The notes beneath the pieces are model-generated. The model was not told the DNA's origin, did no database searches, and saw only the letters and a list, made by a program, of their open reading frames with translations. Positions 60,201 to 64,000 of a stretch of DNA of 64,000 nt are shown piece by piece. How positions within the stretch are numbered: position 1 is the stretch's first letter; every line of letters begins with the position of its first letter. Source of the stretch: Carcharhinus longimanus (lineage: Eukaryota); NCBI GenBank assembly GCA_030264375.1, contig JASCQW010000043.1, forward strand, positions 91,987,866-92,051,865, in the 5' to 3' direction. Made by a program: the position numbers and the translations under genes.

Positions 60201-62200
60201 CTTTTCTTTTCCCATTTTCCTATTACTGGGAGTAAATACTGCTGGGACTGTTTAATAGCCCACTGCAGCCCATACCGATAACAGATGAGGTTTAATCGTC
60301 CAATACAAAAATTATTTAGCCTCAGTAAGGACATTCAATGTCATTTGCATAATGACATTTCCATCTCACACACCAAACATGGTTGCACATAAACAAGTCG
60401 TGGGACCATAAATAATAATAAATCGCAATGTCTGTGTTCTCCTCTCAGTAATAGGAGTTGCTCTTGTAGAAATTATTTCATTCGAAAATGGGGCTATAAC
60501 TCTAAAGATGTGTGTCCCAGTTTATTCCACTGGATTCGACATCACAGCAACTACAATCTGAGTGTATTATTTTCTGGCATTCTTTAATAGATCAGAATTT
60601 TTTAAAACATAAATATTCAGTAATAAAATGTTATATATACAATAAAACATAATGTAAAAACATCAACCCCTGTTTTAGAATTACACAATTATATTTTAAC
60701 AAGATCATTTTTAGATTTGGAAAGGAGGTTGAAAAAACATTTCCAATGAAAGATAAACAGTGAAAGCTGCCTGGCGCTTGCTATACCTCAGCTTCCTTCA
60801 TACTTTGGTGGCTGCATGTTGGTGTCCTGAGGAGGTCAGCGTTGGGCTGCAATCATATGCGTGACGAGTCTGTCAGTTCCTCGATAATTGCTTTTTGAGA
60901 AGGAACCTACCTGTGATAAACTAACATCCCCAGCCCCCTGACAGGGAGAAAGCTCGCTCACTCACCCCCCACTCCATACACAGCACCCTCTTTATTTTAG
61001 TTCCAAGCTTCGAAGAGATCTACAGTCCGCTTTAAAATATGTCGCCCACCACGGACGCCAGGGTAGGCGTTTTGTTGATGAAATGCCCACTGACATACAT
61101 TCCAGACAGAAATGCTGCCGATTCCCCTCTCCAGTCCCCAAGCCTTTGTGTGGAGTGTAAACGCTCAATGAAAATGGATGTACTTAATTTCTGCATGAGA
61201 CAACGAGTAATTGTCTTTTAATTTATTTTGCTGTTCTATGGCATAGAAAGCTCTGTATCGTATTAGATGTACAAAACAGGCCTGAGAACAGACTGAAGCT
61301 TAAGAAAGTTTTGTGTTTCTGAAGGTAAATTTAAGGGAAATATTCACTTCTTGTAGAATCTCACACAGCCCATACACCAGTGGAGTAAACAGTTGCAGTA
61401 ACTGATAATGTGCCCCTGCCCCAATTGTAATGTTGAAAAAGAAGAGTAAGTTATTTTGAAGCTTATTTTAAGCTTTGAAAAAAATTGCCTTTTACGTCAA
61501 AAAGAAATTCTGAAATGCTGAATTACATTTGATTGCTGAAAGAATGTAATCAATTGCAATTCTTTAAGGGAGGCAATCCCTATTGAGGGCAACTTTCCTC
61601 TCGAATGACCTTCACTGGGGTTAACGCTCTCACATGCCCTCTGAACTCTGAGTATGGACACGGTAAATAGCGCCTGCTTTTATCACACTCCCGGAGCTCA
61701 GTTTCCCCAGCCCCGTCTCTGGATTTCCAGGCCTTTTCATTTTGTTTTGGTATTGATCTTTTGGCAGCAATGGGCTGGGTAATTAGCCAGAAATTAGGGT
61801 TTCTATTACACAGGGATGACTGGCCCAGCTGATTTATCACCTGAATAATTTACTGTGATTGAAAGGAAATTAAAATGAACTCTATTTGACAACTGTGTGA
61901 TTTTATGGGTTTTAGTGAAGAGTCAGAAACCAAATTAATAGCCTCATGTTGTTTAATAGTCTGCTGAAGGTAAATATGGGGCAAGCTTCTCCTGCTGGAA
62001 GCCATTCTGCATGCTCCGATGCTTGGTTTAGATTTCTACTTCACTTAATAAATCTACCTCACATCGGACTAGATTCAAAGACGGTTTTAGCTAGTGGATA
62101 AAGTCCAAGTCTGACTATAACAAATCTTCAGATACTAAAATTAATCTAGTGCACTATGGAAGATGAAACATACTGACACAGCATAGCAGATGTAAGAGAA
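57300..62200. promoter_or_regulatory. Repeat-poor block, putative cluster of conserved non-coding/enhancer elements
   Basis: No recognisable TE over ~5 kb. Dense TAAT/ATTA, AACAAAG, TCAAGTG, TGACGT and TTTTATGG motifs, with retained CpGs. Function is inferred, not shown. Confidence 0.5.
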
Positions 62201-62469
62201 ATCTGTATTAAATATTATACCTGAGCTGGGTATGGAATTCGGAATCATAGATATTAGTGAAATGTNNNNNNNNNNNNNNNNNNNNNNNNNNNNNNNNNNN
62301 NNNNNNNNNNNNNNNNNNNNNNNNNNNNNNNNNNNNNNNNNNNNNNNNNNNNNNNNNNNNNNNNNTGCTTGGAGGATTACAACTCAGACTCTCTGTTTCA
62401 ATCGGGTTAAATAAGTTGTCGTCTTGGGGAACCACGACACAGATAGGTGAACAGACACAACATTTGGAT

Positions 62470-63190
62470 AAATCCAACTAATGGGAAGATTTTAGATAAG
62501 GAGGTAATAAATAGCTGATAAATGTATAATTAGAAGGATGTGTGGATGAAATGGACCAAGCAGTATGTAGAATGTAGGCAGATTGTTAGCAATAGGTAGA
62601 TATTAAGTGTAAAAGATCAAAACATGAAATACATACAATCCCCTTGAGCATTGTAATTTTATGTAATTCATGTTAACAATATGTAGAAAGCTACATAACT
62701 ATATCTTTACCTCCACAGATGGGGGATATGGCAGTATAGAGATTTGACAGATATCACGTACATAGGGGAGGGGGGAGGAAATGAACAGTTGCATATAGAA
62801 GCCTATATATATATATATATATATACATATGAACAGGCCGAAACCAAAGGATAGACACAATCTGGAGAACAGACTAAACATAAACAAGAATAGAAAAATA
62901 AAGAGTAAATAGGTAACTCATAAATGAAATCAATCGTAGATAGATAAAATAGCTGAAGGACTAGGTAGGCAGTTAGCTCAACAAAATAACTTGGATTCTC
63001 TTGATAGGTAAATAGATAGTTTAATAGGAGTATAGAGATAGACAGCAGTACAGAAGAAAAGGTGAAGAGATGGGGATATAGACAAGCAGAAAAAGTGTAT
63101 GGTAGATGGACATGGGTCAGATAGCTATGGTAGGAATATAGACAAGTAGACATATCTGGCAGATAAACTTGTTTAGATTAAGAAGATAAT
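62470..63190. repeat. Purine-rich degenerate (GATA/TAGA)-type low-complexity tract including (TA)11 at 62804-62825
   Basis: Directly visible strand-biased composition. Confidence 0.75.
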
Positions 63191-64000
63191 ATAAAATTGG
63201 ATTTCCAATTATATTGTTGAATTATTAGCTTTTAACTAAGCAACTGTCTAATGTTACAGCTGAGAGGAGGAGCTCAATTAACCCTATTTCTGGTGGATGA
63301 CTCCATGTTTAAGTGAAAGTGAAATCAGTGACCATGCAAGTTCACAGGAAGCACATACATTCCTGCCCAATAAATGACTACATTATTGTCACTATACAGA
63401 TTGCCCTGGTAGTTTTTAGCCTTTGGCACTCTTTGTGGATCAGATCCACTGTCGATGTGAAAGCTATATCACGGATCTATCGATTACTAATTCAATTGAT
63501 TTGATACCTGTTTACTCTTTATTTTTCTATTTTTGTTTATGTGGCATATTTTAGAAAGGAATGGGAGAAACTCAAACTTTTCTTCTGCTGATCCTGAATT
63601 GGTGGTTTTCTGATGGGTGAACTGTGTGGATTAGGCTTTTTATGTTTACAGTCTTGGGTTGAAAGTTAGTTAAAGATGTTGCATTTCTTGAGGTAAGTCT
63701 TCAAGGTGTCTTTGAAACACTTCTTTTGTTGTCCTCTTGTCCTGGAGCCTTCCTTTAGCTCAGCGAAGACTATTTGCTTTGGCAGTCAGGACTCTGACGT
63801 CCTAACCACATGGTCAGACAGACGGAGTCAACTTTGGATTACCATTGCCTTGAAGCTGATGCTGTTAGCTTTTTCAAAGACACTGATTTTAGTATACCTA
63901 TAAATGTTAATACCTGAGAGACCCTTGCTCAGAAGAGACCAACTTGCAGGAACCTTCTGACTGAAGGGACATAATCCTTTGTGGACACCCGAAGGCAAAA

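Overview
This is eukaryotic, non-coding DNA from a cartilaginous fish (shark). The assignment is inferred from the repeat repertoire, recalled from memory: HE1/V-SINE-like and DeuSINE-like SINEs, CR1, Rex1/Babar, RTE and Penelope elements. I find no intact protein-coding gene, RNA gene or CRISPR array. The ORF-track entries I can recognise are decayed transposon fragments, and the rest look like chance ORFs. Positions 1-57,300 are a nested transposon graveyard: CR1, RTE, Rex1/Babar and L2 LINEs, a decayed Gypsy gag-pol, Penelope fragments, Harbinger-like Myb/SANT remnants, TA-flanked MITEs and three SINE families. Short unique, TF-motif-rich islands lie between them. Positions ~57,300-62,200 are strikingly repeat-poor and motif-rich, like a conserved cis-regulatory cluster, and include a G4/GC-box followed by candidate non-coding exons. 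The most notable structural observations are (1) a tRNA-headed SINE sharing both its middle body and its 3' tail with a near full-length LINE in the same window, (2) an RTE element with twin-priming-like inverted geometry, and (3) an internally deleted CR1 that retains ORF1. I cannot support a wholly new biological system from this sequence. Repeat boundaries are approximate and family names are by eye, not from a database search.
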